A stretch of 58,852 nt of DNA from Patescibacteria group bacterium (GTDB lineage Bacteria; Patescibacteriota; Minisyncoccia; Phycocordibacterales; Phycocordibacteraceae): positions 1 to 58,852 of the forward strand of contig JAGWIS010000002.1 in NCBI GenBank assembly GCA_028866135.1, read 5' to 3'. The notes under the pieces are model-generated. The model did no database searches. It was not told the origin of the DNA and worked only from the letters and a program-made list of their open reading frames with translations. Positions 25,892 to 35,506 of the stretch are shown piece by piece. Positions within the stretch are counted from its first letter, which is position 1, and every line of letters begins with the position of its first letter. A program made the position numbers and the translations under genes.

Positions 25892-28300
25892 ATGTCAAAA
25901 ACCGTCAAAGCTCCTGTGCGCGTGAAAGCCTCTTCCGCCGACAAGCAGGCGCCTGGCGTTCACATTCAGGAGGCAGTGAAGCCGCCGGTTTCGAAAGAAA
26001 CGCTTCGCTATCGCGAAATGGTTCCGCAAATCGAGAAGCGCGACGGCCGACTCGTGCCGTTTGATTTCGAAAAGATTGCGGCGGCCGTGTGGAAAGCGAT
26101 GGCGGCGGTAGAAGAGGGCGATCGGGACGATGCAAACCTCGTCGCGCACCAGGTGGCGGGCGAGCTCGGGCGATTTGCGAAGAAATACAAGAGCTTCCTT
26201 CCGACTGTTGAAGGCATTCAGGACTCGGTGGAGAAATATTTGATCCTGAACGACTACGTGAAGACCGCGAAGGCGTACATTCTCTACCGCGACAAGCGCG
26301 CGCAGCTGCGCGCGGCGCACGTGGAGATTCCGGCGCACGTAAAAAAGCTCGCGGACGAAAGCAAGAAATATTTTGAAGGCAATGCGCTCGGCGAATTTGT
26401 GTATCTGCGCACGTATGCGAAATGGATTCCGGAAGAAGGTCGCCGCGAGACGTGGATCGAGACGGTGGATCGCTATGTGAACTTCATGCGCGAGAATCTC
26501 GGCACCAAGCTCACCGAAAAAGAGTATGCCGAGATACGCATGGGGATTTTGAAGCAAGAAGTGATGCCGTCGATGCGGCTCATGCAGTTTGCGGGAGAGG
26601 CTGCGCGCCGCTGCAACACGTGCGCATATAATTGTACGTTCACTGCGCCGGTGAAGCTCGAAGACTTTGCCGAGATCATGTATCTCTCGATGCAGGGATG
26701 CGGCGTCGGCTTCGCGGTGGAGAGCCAAAACATCGAACAACTTCCGCAAATCATGAAGCAGACGGGAAAGAAAGCGGAAGAGCACGTCATCGCCGACTCG
26801 AAAGAAGGCTGGTGCGACGCGCTCACGCTCGGACTGAAGACCTGGTACTCCGGCAAAGACATCACGTTTGATTATTCGAAGATTCGCCCGGCGGGTGCCC
26901 GCCTCAAGACGATGGGCGGCAAGGCCTCCGGCCCCGAGCCGCTGCGCTCCCTGCTTTCTTTTGCCCGCGAGCGCATCCTTGCGCGCCAGGGACGCCGTCT
27001 GCGCAACATCGACGCGCACGACATCATCTGCAAGATAGGGGAATGCGTGGTCGCCGGCGGCGTGCGCCGCACCGCGATGATCTCGCTCTCCGATCTCGAC
27101 GACGTGGAGATGCGCGACGCCAAGAAAGGCCAGTTCTACATGACGGATCCGCACCGCTCGGTCGCAAACAACTCCGCCGTGTACGAAATGCAGCCGACGA
27201 ATGCGCAGCTCATGGACGAATGGGTCGCGCTCATGAAGAGCGGTGCCGGCGAGCGCGGCATCTTCAACCGCGGATCGCTCGCAGCGACGTTCCCGAAGCG
27301 CCGCACCGAGCACTTCAAGGAAATCGGGTTCATTGATGAGGGTGGCGTGGTGCGCGGCTCTATCGGCACGAATCCCTGCGCGGAGATCATCCTACAGTCG
27401 AAGCAATTCTGCAATCTTTCCGAAGTCATCGCGCGTGCACACGATACTGAAGCATCGCTTTTGCGCAAGGCGCGCCTCGCCGCCATCCTCGGCACGTACC
27501 AGTCGACGCTCACGAATTTCAGCTACATATCAAAGGAGTGGACCGATCACTGCAAAGCAGAACGCCTCCTCGGCGTCTCGGTGACGGGGCAGTGGGACTC
27601 ACCGGCATCTCGCCAGCCAGAGATCATGCGCAAGGTGCGCGACATGGCAGTGAAGACGAACGTCACGTATGCGAAGCGCTTCGGCGTGGAGCGCTCGATG
27701 GCGGTGACGGCCGTGAAGCCTTCGGGCACCGTCTCGCAGACCTTCAACTGCGCGTCCGGCATCCATCCGCGCCACGCGCCGTATTACATCCGCCGCGTGC
27801 GCATCAGCGCGACTGACTCGCTCTTCAAGATGCTCCGCGACCAGGGCGTGCCGTATTACCCGGAAGTGGGGCAGTCGATGGAGGAAGCGAATACATTTGT
27901 ATTTGAATTCCCGGTAAAAGCACCCGATCATTCCAAAGAAGCGCGTTTCAAGGATAGCCTCACGGCGCTCGACCAGCTCGAGTACTGGAAGAAGGTGAAG
28001 CTCAATTTCACCGAGCACAATCCGTCGGCGACGATTTCCGTGGGAGAAGACGAGTGGATCAGCGTCGTCGACTGGATTCAGAAGAATTGGGACATCATCG
28101 GCGGACTTTCCTTCCTCCCGCGCCTCAACCACGTCTACCGCCTCGCACCCTACGAGACGATTACGGAAAAGGAATACGAGGAGCGCCTCGCTCGCTTCCC
28201 GAAAGTGGACTACTCGAAGCTCGTCGCCTATGAGCGCCAGGATGAGTCGGATATGAAGAAGGAGCTGGCCTGCGCCGGCGGAACCTGCGAAATCGTTTAG
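25892..28300 (+). CDS. nrdJ: Adenosylcobalamin-dependent (class II) ribonucleotide reductase with an N-terminal ATP-cone
   Basis: ATP-cone (VPQIEKRDGRLVPFDFEKI), TNPCAEI active-site motif, and a C-terminal CAGGTCEI cysteine pair. Start at the ATG at 25892 (the track TTG is at 25823). Confidence 0.9.
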   Translation: MSKTVKAPVRVKASSADKQAPGVHIQEAVKPPVSKETLRYREMVPQIEKRDGRLVPFDFEKIAAAVWKAMAAVEEGDRDDANLVAHQVAGELGRFAKKYKSFLPTVEGIQDSVEKYLILNDYVKTAKAYILYRDKRAQLRAAHVEIPAHVKKLADESKKYFEGNALGEFVYLRTYAKWIPEEGRRETWIETVDRYVNFMRENLGTKLTEKEYAEIRMGILKQEVMPSMRLMQFAGEAARRCNTCAYNCTFTAPVKLEDFAEIMYLSMQGCGVGFAVESQNIEQLPQIMKQTGKKAEEHVIADSKEGWCDALTLGLKTWYSGKDITFDYSKIRPAGARLKTMGGKASGPEPLRSLLSFARERILARQGRRLRNIDAHDIICKIGECVVAGGVRRTAMISLSDLDDVEMRDAKKGQFYMTDPHRSVANNSAVYEMQPTNAQLMDEWVALMKSGAGERGIFNRGSLAATFPKRRTEHFKEIGFIDEGGVVRGSIGTNPCAEIILQSKQFCNLSEVIARAHDTEASLLRKARLAAILGTYQSTLTNFSYISKEWTDHCKAERLLGVSVTGQWDSPASRQPEIMRKVRDMAVKTNVTYAKRFGVERSMAVTAVKPSGTVSQTFNCASGIHPRHAPYYIRRVRISATDSLFKMLRDQGVPYYPEVGQSMEEANTFVFEFPVKAPDHSKEARFKDSLTALDQLEYWKKVKLNFTEHNPSATISVGEDEWISVVDWIQKNWDIIGGLSFLPRLNHVYRLAPYETITEKEYEERLARFPKVDYSKLVAYERQDESDMKKELACAGGTCEIV

Positions 28301-28319
28301 GGACCGAATAAAAAGCACG

Positions 28320-28408
28320 CATCTGCTTTGTTGCGGGTACCCGCCGATTTCTTCCGTCGTACCACGTAAGTACGCCTCCAGAAATCGGCTGCCCGCGCCG
28401 CGCATCTG
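28320..28408. repeat. Intergenic copy of the ~88-nt palindromic repeat found inside recG
   Basis: See 10662-10749. Flanked by AAAAAGCAC / GTGCTTTTT arms directly after the nrdJ stop. Confidence 0.7.
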
Positions 28409-28502
28409 AGTGCTTTTTATTCGCTCCGGGGTTCGCATTGTCGTACAAGTTTCGCGCCTCCGAGAGCCTCCGAAATCACCCTTGCCGCTTCTTTGTGAAT
28501 CC

Positions 28503-28521
28503 TACAAGGTTCGACCTTGTA
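28503..28521. repeat. TACAAGGTTCGACCTTGTA palindrome, intergenic copy
   Basis: 8-bp stem with a 3-nt loop. The same core occurs inside recG and tsaD. Confidence 0.7.
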
Positions 28522-28533
28522 AGGGGGAGATAA

Positions 28534-28565
28534 GCGAAAACCCACGCAGGAGCGTGGGTTTTCGC
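28534..28565 (-). terminator. Hairpin terminator downstream of rnpB
   Basis: 14-bp stem GCGAAAACCCACGC-UCCU-GCGUGGGUUUUCGC on the minus strand, followed by a U-rich tract. Confidence 0.6.
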
Positions 28566-28604
28566 ATTTGTGTGGACCGAGTCGGTAAGCCGAATTCTGT
28601 CTTG

Positions 28605-28700
28605 CCCCGTGAGATAGTCCATCTCGATTTCCATTAACATCTCGAAATCCTTTGCAGGCTCTCGGGTGCAACAGTTATCAATCGGTCTTATCTCATGGGG
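28605..28700. repeat. 96-nt hairpin insert in rnpB (copy 3)
   Basis: Termini CCCCGTGAGATA / TTATCTCATGGGG with internal ATCTCGATTTC...CTCGAAATCC. Confidence 0.75.
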
Positions 28701-28753
28701 CGGGGACGATCATTTATCTGGGCCCGCAATTGCTTGCGAGCTCGAGCGGCACT

Positions 28754-28849
28754 GCCCATGAGATAACCTTATTTCGATTTCAATCAGCCTCTCGAAATCC
28801 GTTAGGTTCTCAAGCGCTGATATAATCTCAACAGTTTTATCTCACGGGC
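28754..28849. repeat. 96-nt hairpin insert in rnpB (copy 2, at the P12 position)
   Basis: Termini GCCCATGAGATAA / TTATCTCACGGGC with internal ATTTCGATTTC...CTCGAAATCC. Colinear with copy 3. Confidence 0.75.
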
Positions 28850-29009
28850 CACGGCCTTGCATGCGGGTAAGGATTTATTCGTTGCACTTCTCCAGTTGCC
28901 TGGAGAACTCATCCCGCCCGAGGGCGGGATGCTCCGCGCTTTCGCTTGGGAGCGTCTCTGTAGGCACCTCTATCCTTGCGGACGACGGGCGTTACCCGCT
29001 ACCTTTCTA

Positions 29010-29105
29010 CCCCATGGGATAACAAATCTCGAAGCAAGTGAAATAGTGAATACTCATCAAACATTTCGATTTCACTCCCACCTCCAGACCTCTTATCCCA
29101 CGGGG
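29010..29105. repeat. 96-nt hairpin insert in rnpB (copy 1; interior inverted relative to copies 2 and 3)
   Basis: Termini CCCCATGGGATAA / TTATCCCACGGGG with internal AAATCTCGAAG...ATTTCGATTTC. Confidence 0.7.
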
Positions 29106-29124
29106 TGCATGTTCGGACTTTCCT

Positions 29125-29402
29125 CCCCGTGAGATAACTACTCACTATTCTGTATACGCGTTTTTAAGTATCTCTTGCCCCAAGCAGTTTTCAGGTAGCG
29201 CTCTCGTGCGAGCGCATCCTTCTTAGATAAGGACGCCTCGTAATAAACAAGTCGCCACGGGCCTCTCGATTTTGTTGCTAACGACCTTCCGTCTCGATGT
29301 TCTTCAAAACGTCTCTTAAGGTCGCCAGTCGAGCCGATGTAAAACTGCTTGGGGCCCCTGAGTACATATACGTAGTGCATACTGAGCAATTATCTCACGG
29401 GG
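29125..29402 (-). mobile_element. 278-nt element bounded by inverted repeats and encoding a GIY-YIG protein, occupying the P3 position of rnpB
   Basis: Perfect 13-nt inverted repeats CCCCGTGAGATAA (29125-29137) and TTATCTCACGGGG (29390-29402). Immediately 5' of AGGAAAGUCC in RNA sense. Confidence 0.6.
29138..29380 (-). CDS. GIY-YIG (URI-domain only) nuclease family protein
   Basis: MHYVYVLRG...FYIGSTGDLKRRFEEH...ERYLK. Start taken at the ATG at 29380 (the track TTG is at 29389). Confidence 0.85.
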   Translation of the reverse strand: MHYVYVLRGPKQFYIGSTGDLKRRFEEHRDGRSLATKSRGPWRLVYYEASLSKKDALARERYLKTAWGKRYLKTRIQNSE

Positions 29403-29561
29403 CGATCGTCTGACTCGGTCCGGAAATACTATACCACATCGCGTATGTGCGGTATAGCCCGCGAGAGAAGAGTCTTTTGATGTGTACAACGCGACGAGCT
29501 GCTGCACCCCATGAGGTATACTAAACGGCATTATCATTCAGTAACCGCAACAGAATTTATT

Positions 29562-31934
29562 ATGCCTCCGCAACAGCAGACAGTCGCCCCGCGCAGCCGC
29601 TCGCTTGAGACCATCAGCATCTGGGCGCTCCTCGCCACGCTCGTCGTCGCCATCTTCTTTTTCCTCCCGTCCTCGATTGTCCCGTTTGCAACGACGAAGA
29701 CATTTCTCCTTGCGGCGGGCGCTCTCATCACGCTCGCGCTCTACATCCTCGCGCGTCTCGGCCGGGGGAACGTCATTTTCCCTCCACTCGCGCTCGTCGG
29801 CGCGCTCTGGCTTCCCGTCGTTGCGTATGCCGTTTCAGCGACATTCTCGGGCACGCTCTTTTCGAACGCTTTGTGGGGATCCGCGCTTGAGCCTGACACG
29901 CTCGGCTTCATACTCGTGGCGACGGTTCTCGGAACGCTCTCCGCGCTCGTGCTGCGCCGCCCCGAGCACTATCAGCTGTTCCTGCGCGTCGGCGCGTACG
30001 TCTTCGGCGTACTCACCGCTCTGCAGGCGCTCATCGTCATCATCGGTCAATTCTCTCCGGGCACGGTCTCTCCGGCATTCTCCATTCCGGGCTCCTTCAA
30101 TGACCTCGGCGTGCTTCTAGGATTCGGTGTCATCGGCATCCTCATCACGCTACGATTCCTCGGTCTTTCGGGCCGCACGCGACAGCTCCTCTCCATCGCC
30201 GGCGTCGTGTCGCTCGTCCTGCTTGCGATTGCCAATTCTCCGCTTATTTGGACTCTGATTGCGCTCGTCTCGCTCGGCCTCTTCGTGGAGGCGGTCATGC
30301 AGCGCGGGACGAAGACCGTCGAAAGCGACCTCGATGAAACCGCGATTATGAACGAGACCCCGGTCGAAGCAGGAGAGAGCAGCCACTCGCTCCTCGTGCC
30401 GCTCGCCGTGCTCGCCATCTCGCTCTTTTTCCTCATCGGCGGCACGCTCGGCGACGCGCTCGCGAACGCTCTCCATATAAACATCCTGAACGTCCGTCCT
30501 TCCTGGCAGTCGACGCTCGCGGTCGGGCAAAACGTCTACGCAAGCTCGCCAGTATTTGGCACCGGCCCCGGAACCTTCGGCGTCGAGTGGCTCAAGCATC
30601 GCGACGCGGCCTTAAACGCGACCGTCTTCTGGAACGTCGACTTCTCCTCCGGCATCGGCTTCATTCCGACCTCGCTCGTGACGACCGGCATCGTGGGCAT
30701 CATCGGCTGGCTCGCATTCTTCGGCCTCTTTCTCGTGCTCGGCATGCGCCTCCTCATCTTGCGCGCGCCTCAGGATGCGTTCGCTCGCTACGTCTCGATC
30801 TTCTCGTTCGTCGCGGCCGTCTACTTCTTCGCGGTAACGATCTTTGATCTGCCAAATACGGTCATCATCGCGCTCGCATTCGTCTTCGCCGGCCTCTTCA
30901 TCTCCTCGACACGCTTTGCTGGCGGGGGAGAGCAGTGGGGCATCATCTTCGCGAAGAGCCCGCGACTCGGCTTCGTTATCGTGTTTTTGCTCACGATACT
31001 CCTGCTCGCGTCGGTCGGTGCTGCGTACGCGCTCGTCGGCCGCTACATCGCAGCGTCACAGCTCGCGACCGCAAGCAGCGCCTTTTCCTCCGGCGATCTC
31101 GATGCTGCCGATAAAGCTGCGCAGAACTCCATCGCATTTGCGCCGAGCGCGGCAGCCTATCAGATCGAAGCGGGCATCGCGAGCTCGCGTCTCGACAAGA
31201 TAGCCGTCTCCACCACCATGACGCCGACGGCCGCGCAGCAGGCATTCCAGACGGCGCTCTCGGGAGGCATCAACGCGGCGCTTACGGCGACGCGCATCAC
31301 GCCGTCCGACTACCAGAACTGGCTCGCGCTCGGGAATCTCTACAGCAAAGCGGTGCCGCTCGGGGTCGCGGGCGCCTACGACAGCGCGAAAACCGCCTAC
31401 CAAAAGGCGCAAGCGCTCAATCCGACGAATCCGCAGATTCCGTACATCCTCGCGCAGCTCGACATCGCGAACAAGAACATCAAAGGAGCGGAAGACAATC
31501 TGAAGACCGCGATCACGCTCAAGCAGGACTACACGGCCGCCATCTTCCTCCTCTCGCAGCTTGAAGTGCAGGACGGAAACGTGAAGGATGCCCTCGCCGC
31601 CGCCCTCGCCGCCGCGTACTTCACGCCGAACGACCCGAACATCCTCTTCCAGGTCGGCATCCTGCGCGCGGCGACGAACGACTTCGCGGGTGCTATCGTC
31701 GCTCTCTCCTCGGCAATTACGGTGAATCCGCAATTCGCGAACGCCCGCTACTTCCTCTCGGCCGTCTACGCGAAGCAGGGCGACTTCAAGAGCGCGGCCG
31801 CGCAGATGCAAGCCATCGCGGACATGTCGGCCGACAACGCGCACATGGTCGCCTCGCAGCTCGCTGCGCTTTCGGCAGGCAAGAATCCGTTCCCCGCGAA
31901 TCTCCTCTCCGTCTCTCCGGCGCCCGTCAAATAG
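29562..31934 (+). CDS. O-antigen ligase (Wzy_C)-like polytopic membrane protein with C-terminal TPR repeats
   Basis: At least 10 transmembrane segments and a C-terminal roughly 300 aa of TPR-like repeats (YQKAQALNPTNPQ, LKTAITLKQDYTAA, NARYFLSAVYAKQGDF). Confidence 0.7.
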   Translation: MPPQQQTVAPRSRSLETISIWALLATLVVAIFFFLPSSIVPFATTKTFLLAAGALITLALYILARLGRGNVIFPPLALVGALWLPVVAYAVSATFSGTLFSNALWGSALEPDTLGFILVATVLGTLSALVLRRPEHYQLFLRVGAYVFGVLTALQALIVIIGQFSPGTVSPAFSIPGSFNDLGVLLGFGVIGILITLRFLGLSGRTRQLLSIAGVVSLVLLAIANSPLIWTLIALVSLGLFVEAVMQRGTKTVESDLDETAIMNETPVEAGESSHSLLVPLAVLAISLFFLIGGTLGDALANALHINILNVRPSWQSTLAVGQNVYASSPVFGTGPGTFGVEWLKHRDAALNATVFWNVDFSSGIGFIPTSLVTTGIVGIIGWLAFFGLFLVLGMRLLILRAPQDAFARYVSIFSFVAAVYFFAVTIFDLPNTVIIALAFVFAGLFISSTRFAGGGEQWGIIFAKSPRLGFVIVFLLTILLLASVGAAYALVGRYIAASQLATASSAFSSGDLDAADKAAQNSIAFAPSAAAYQIEAGIASSRLDKIAVSTTMTPTAAQQAFQTALSGGINAALTATRITPSDYQNWLALGNLYSKAVPLGVAGAYDSAKTAYQKAQALNPTNPQIPYILAQLDIANKNIKGAEDNLKTAITLKQDYTAAIFLLSQLEVQDGNVKDALAAALAAAYFTPNDPNILFQVGILRAATNDFAGAIVALSSAITVNPQFANARYFLSAVYAKQGDFKSAAAQMQAIADMSADNAHMVASQLAALSAGKNPFPANLLSVSPAPVK

Positions 31935-31985
31935 CCGTCTCTGGCCCCGTTTGGCGAGGAAGTCATGACGGGCTAGAATAAGGCG

Positions 31986-33701
31986 ATGGTTCGGAAGATT
32001 TTCGAGCGCGTCGCGGCTCCGGTACGCGATCTCGTCATGCGGCCGATACGCAGCCTCCACCAGGCTGCGTATCTGCTTGCCGCGCTCACGCTCGCGTCGC
32101 AGGCGCTCGCCTTGCTCCGCGACCGCACCTTTGCGCACACCTTCGGCGCCGGCCAGGTGCTCGATCTCTACTACGCGGCCTTCCGCATGCCGGACCTCGT
32201 CTTCGCGCTCGTTTCGTCGCTCGTGAGCGCGTACGTGCTCATACCGCGCATCGCGGGGATGGACCGTGAGAAGACGCGCGAATTGCTCTCCGAATCGGCC
32301 TCCTTTCTCCTCATTGTGGGCGGGGTCATCTGCGTCGTCCTCGGAGTCTTCATGCCGCAATTCCTGGCGCTCCTGTATCCGGACTTCGTCGCCTCGCCCA
32401 ACCAGGCGGAGTTCATACTGCTCGCCCGCATCCTTCTCGTGCAGCCGATTCTCCTCGGACTCTCGGGCATCATCTCGAGCGTCACGCAGGTCGATCGGCG
32501 CTTCGCGCTCTTCGCTCTTTCGCCGCTCCTGTACAATCTCGGCATCATCTTCGGCGTCGTCGAGCTCTACCCGCTCTGGGGCCTGCCTGGCATCGGCATC
32601 GGTGTCGTCATTGGTGCCATCGCATACCTCGTCATCCATATTCCGGTCGTCATGAGCGCCGGAGTCGCTCCGCGCCTCTCCCTCCCCACGTTCTCTCTCA
32701 TGTTTTCGGTCGTGCGGGATTCCGTCCCGCGCTCGCTCGCGCTCGGCGTGAAATCCTTCATGCTGCTCATTCTGACCGCGATCGCTTCAAGGCTCGGCAC
32801 CGGCGAGATTTCCGTGTTCACGTTTGCGAGCAATCTCGAAGCCGTCCCGCTCGCGCTCATCGGCTCCTCCTACGCCATTGCGGCATTTCCGGCGCTTTCC
32901 GAGGCGTTCACGCGGGAGCGGCGGGAGGAGTTCGTGAAGATCCTCTCGACGGGCGCGCGGCACATCATCCTGTGGTCCATCGTGGCGCTCGGGCTCATCG
33001 TCGTGCTGCGGGCGCACATCGTGCGCGTCGTCCTCGGTACCGGCGCTTTCGACTGGAATGCGACGCGCCTCACCGCCGCTCTGCTTGCGATTCTCGCCGT
33101 CGGCCTCGTCGTCGATGCGCTCGGGCTTCTTTTTGTGCGCGCATTGTATGCGGCTCGTCAGTCATGGCGTCCGCTCGTGTACCAGCTTGCAGCCGCCTTC
33201 GTGACGATAATGCTTGCGATCATCTTCCTCTCTCTGCCGCACGCGGAGCTTGCGGCGCCCATCTCCGCCGTATTGAAAGTCGACGACATCGCCGGTACCG
33301 CCATCCTGCTTGTCGCGCTCGCCAGCATTCTCGGGCAATTTTTCCTTGTGGCGCTTTCTCTCTTCGCGCTCCGGAACATTGCTCCCGGGCTCGGACGGAC
33401 GCTCGTGCGGCCGGTCCTCGATGGATGCGTGGCGGCGTTTGCCGGCGGAGCGGCCGCGTACGCGACGCTCATGCTTGAGGGCGGCATAGCGCCCCTCACC
33501 ACGCTCCTGGCCGTTTTCACGCAGGGGCTCGTGGCGGGCGCGGCGGGTCTTACCATAGCGGCCTGCGCGCTTTACGTCGTCGAAAATGAAGAGTTCCGCA
33601 TAGTAACAAGCGCGCTTGAAAGGCTTCTGCGCGCGCGCGGAGCTGAAGCGGTCGCGCTCCCGTCTGCCGCGGAAGAGCCGCTGTCACCCAATCTACCGTG
33701 A
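31986..33701 (+). CDS. murJ: Lipid II flippase MurJ
   Basis: ALLRDRTFAHTFGAG..LDLYYAAFRMPD N-terminal signature and about 14 transmembrane segments. Confidence 0.88.
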   Translation: MVRKIFERVAAPVRDLVMRPIRSLHQAAYLLAALTLASQALALLRDRTFAHTFGAGQVLDLYYAAFRMPDLVFALVSSLVSAYVLIPRIAGMDREKTRELLSESASFLLIVGGVICVVLGVFMPQFLALLYPDFVASPNQAEFILLARILLVQPILLGLSGIISSVTQVDRRFALFALSPLLYNLGIIFGVVELYPLWGLPGIGIGVVIGAIAYLVIHIPVVMSAGVAPRLSLPTFSLMFSVVRDSVPRSLALGVKSFMLLILTAIASRLGTGEISVFTFASNLEAVPLALIGSSYAIAAFPALSEAFTRERREEFVKILSTGARHIILWSIVALGLIVVLRAHIVRVVLGTGAFDWNATRLTAALLAILAVGLVVDALGLLFVRALYAARQSWRPLVYQLAAAFVTIMLAIIFLSLPHAELAAPISAVLKVDDIAGTAILLVALASILGQFFLVALSLFALRNIAPGLGRTLVRPVLDGCVAAFAGGAAAYATLMLEGGIAPLTTLLAVFTQGLVAGAAGLTIAACALYVVENEEFRIVTSALERLLRARGAEAVALPSAAEEPLSPNLP

Positions 33702-35506
33702 CAAAGCACATACGAAACTTTTCTATCATCGCGCACGTCGACCACGGGAAGTCGACGCTTGCCGATCGTCTCCTCGAGCGCACCGGAACCATTCCCGCGC
33801 GCATGATGCGCGATCAGGTGCTCGACAGGATGGATCTCGAGCGGGAGCGGGGGATTACGATCAAGATGCAGCCGGTCCGAATGAATTACGCAAGCGGCGG
33901 CGCAGAGTACGTCCTCAATCTCATCGACACGCCCGGCCACATCGATTTTTCCTATGAAGTCTCGCGCGCGCTCCATGCGGTCGAGGGAGTGCTGCTTCTC
34001 GTTGATTCCACGCAGGGCGTTCAGGCCCAGACGCTCACGACGCTCGCGGCGGCGCGCGCGCAGGGCTGCGTCATCATTCCGGTTCTTTCGAAAATTGATT
34101 CTCCCGCTGCGCGCATCGCCGAAGTGAAAGATGAGCTGGCGACCCTGATCCACGTGCCCGCCGACCAAGTGCTCGCCGTATCAGGCCGGACGGGAGCGGG
34201 CGTCGAAGAACTCCTCGAAGCCATCGTGGAGCGCGTGCCTCCGCCGCGCGAATCCGCAGCAAAGTCGAATGACGAGCCGCGCGGTATCATTTTTGATTTC
34301 TCTTATTCGAAGCATCGCGGCGTCGCTGTATATCTGCGCGTCTTCGACGGCACGTTTAAGAAAGGGCAGCCGCTTCATTTTCATGCTGCAGGAAAGGAGT
34401 TCATCGCGCTTGAGACCGGTATCTTCACGCCGGAGGAGACGCCTTCCAAGTCGCTTTCCGCGGGCGAGATCGGCTACATCGTGACGGGCATCAAGGAGCC
34501 GGGCATCGTCGCTGTCGGCGACACCATTGGCGCGGCGCGCGGCGCGCTCCCGGCGCTCCCGGGCTACGAGCGCCCGCGTCCGGTCGTGTGGGCATCGGTC
34601 TATCCGGAGAGCCAGGATGATCTTCCGGTGCTGCGCAAATCGCTTGAGCGCCTGCGCCTCTCCGACTCCTCGCTCTCTTTTGAGGAAGAGTCCTCGGGCG
34701 TGCTCGGCAGAGGATTTCGCTGCGGCTTTCTTGGCCTTCTTCACCTCGAGATTGTCACCGAACGCTTGAAGCGCGAATTCGGCCTCGCGCTCGTCGTCAC
34801 CATTCCGACCATTTCCTATGTGGTCACGAAGAAAAACGGCCAGAGGGAGACCGTCTACACGCCCGCGAAGTTTCCGGAGTATGGCGAAATTTTGAAGATC
34901 GAGGAACCGTGGGCGAAAGTCATCATCATCACGCCGCCAGACTCGGTGAGCGCGCTCATTCAGCTCCTCTACGATCACGAGGCGCAGACGCTTGCGACCG
35001 AGACGTATCACGACGGCCGCATCGCTATGACGATAGAGATGCCGCTTCGCGAACTCATGCGCGGATTTTTCGACAAGCTGAAAAATATCTCATCCGGCTA
35101 CGCATCGCTCTCCTACGAGCTTCTTTCCGAGCGCGAGGCGGACGTTGTGCGGCTCGACGTGCTCATCGCCGAGGAGCCTGTGGCGGCGTTTGCGCGCGTG
35201 GTGGCGCGCCGGAGAGTAGAGGAGGAAGCGGAAAAGATGGTGGAAAAGCTCCACTCGATCCTGCCGAAGCAATTGTTCGTTACGAAGATCCAGGCGCGCG
35301 CGCTCGGGCGCATCATCGCCTCGCGTACGCTCTCGGCGATGAGGAAAGACGTTACCGGCTATCTCTACGGCGGTGATGTCTCGCGTAAAAACAAGCTCCT
35401 CGATAAGCAGAAGCGCGGCAAGAAGAAGATGCTCGAGCGGGGCACCGGCAAAGTGAACATCCCCGAGGAGGTCTTCATGAAGATGGTGCAGTCCTCCGCC
35501 GAATGA
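33698..35506 (+). CDS. lepA: Translation elongation factor 4 (LepA)
   Basis: [25 protein letters not shown], and LepA-specific C-terminal motifs (GYASLSYE, VNIPEEVF). GTG start. Confidence 0.95.
   Translation: MTKHIRNFSIIAHVDHGKSTLADRLLERTGTIPARMMRDQVLDRMDLERERGITIKMQPVRMNYASGGAEYVLNLIDTPGHIDFSYEVSRALHAVEGVLLLVDSTQGVQAQTLTTLAAARAQGCVIIPVLSKIDSPAARIAEVKDELATLIHVPADQVLAVSGRTGAGVEELLEAIVERVPPPRESAAKSNDEPRGIIFDFSYSKHRGVAVYLRVFDGTFKKGQPLHFHAAGKEFIALETGIFTPEETPSKSLSAGEIGYIVTGIKEPGIVAVGDTIGAARGALPALPGYERPRPVVWASVYPESQDDLPVLRKSLERLRLSDSSLSFEEESSGVLGRGFRCGFLGLLHLEIVTERLKREFGLALVVTIPTISYVVTKKNGQRETVYTPAKFPEYGEILKIEEPWAKVIIITPPDSVSALIQLLYDHEAQTLATETYHDGRIAMTIEMPLRELMRGFFDKLKNISSGYASLSYELLSEREADVVRLDVLIAEEPVAAFARVVARRRVEEEAEKMVEKLHSILPKQLFVTKIQARALGRIIASRTLSAMRKDVTGYLYGGDVSRKNKLLDKQKRGKKKMLERGTGKVNIPEEVFMKMVQSSAE

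Larger units (their letters stand above)
28572..29423 (-). ncRNA. rnpB: RNase P RNA (bacterial type A), greatly expanded by hairpin inserts
   Basis: The minus strand carries GGGGAGGAAAGUCCGAAC (P4 5' strand), GGUAACGCC, GUGCCUACAGAGACG, CCAGAUAAAUGAUCGUCC and ACAGAAUUCGGCUUACC (P4 3' strand). Terminal 10-bp pairing of GGACCGAGUC with GACUCGGUCC. Confidence 0.8.

Noticed and set aside
28600-29410. Repeated GTGAGATAA / TTATCTCA motifs looked like a possible CRISPR array
   Set aside because: The repeats occur as inverted pairs closing hairpins, not as direct repeats with spacers. They also interleave with conserved RNase P RNA blocks.
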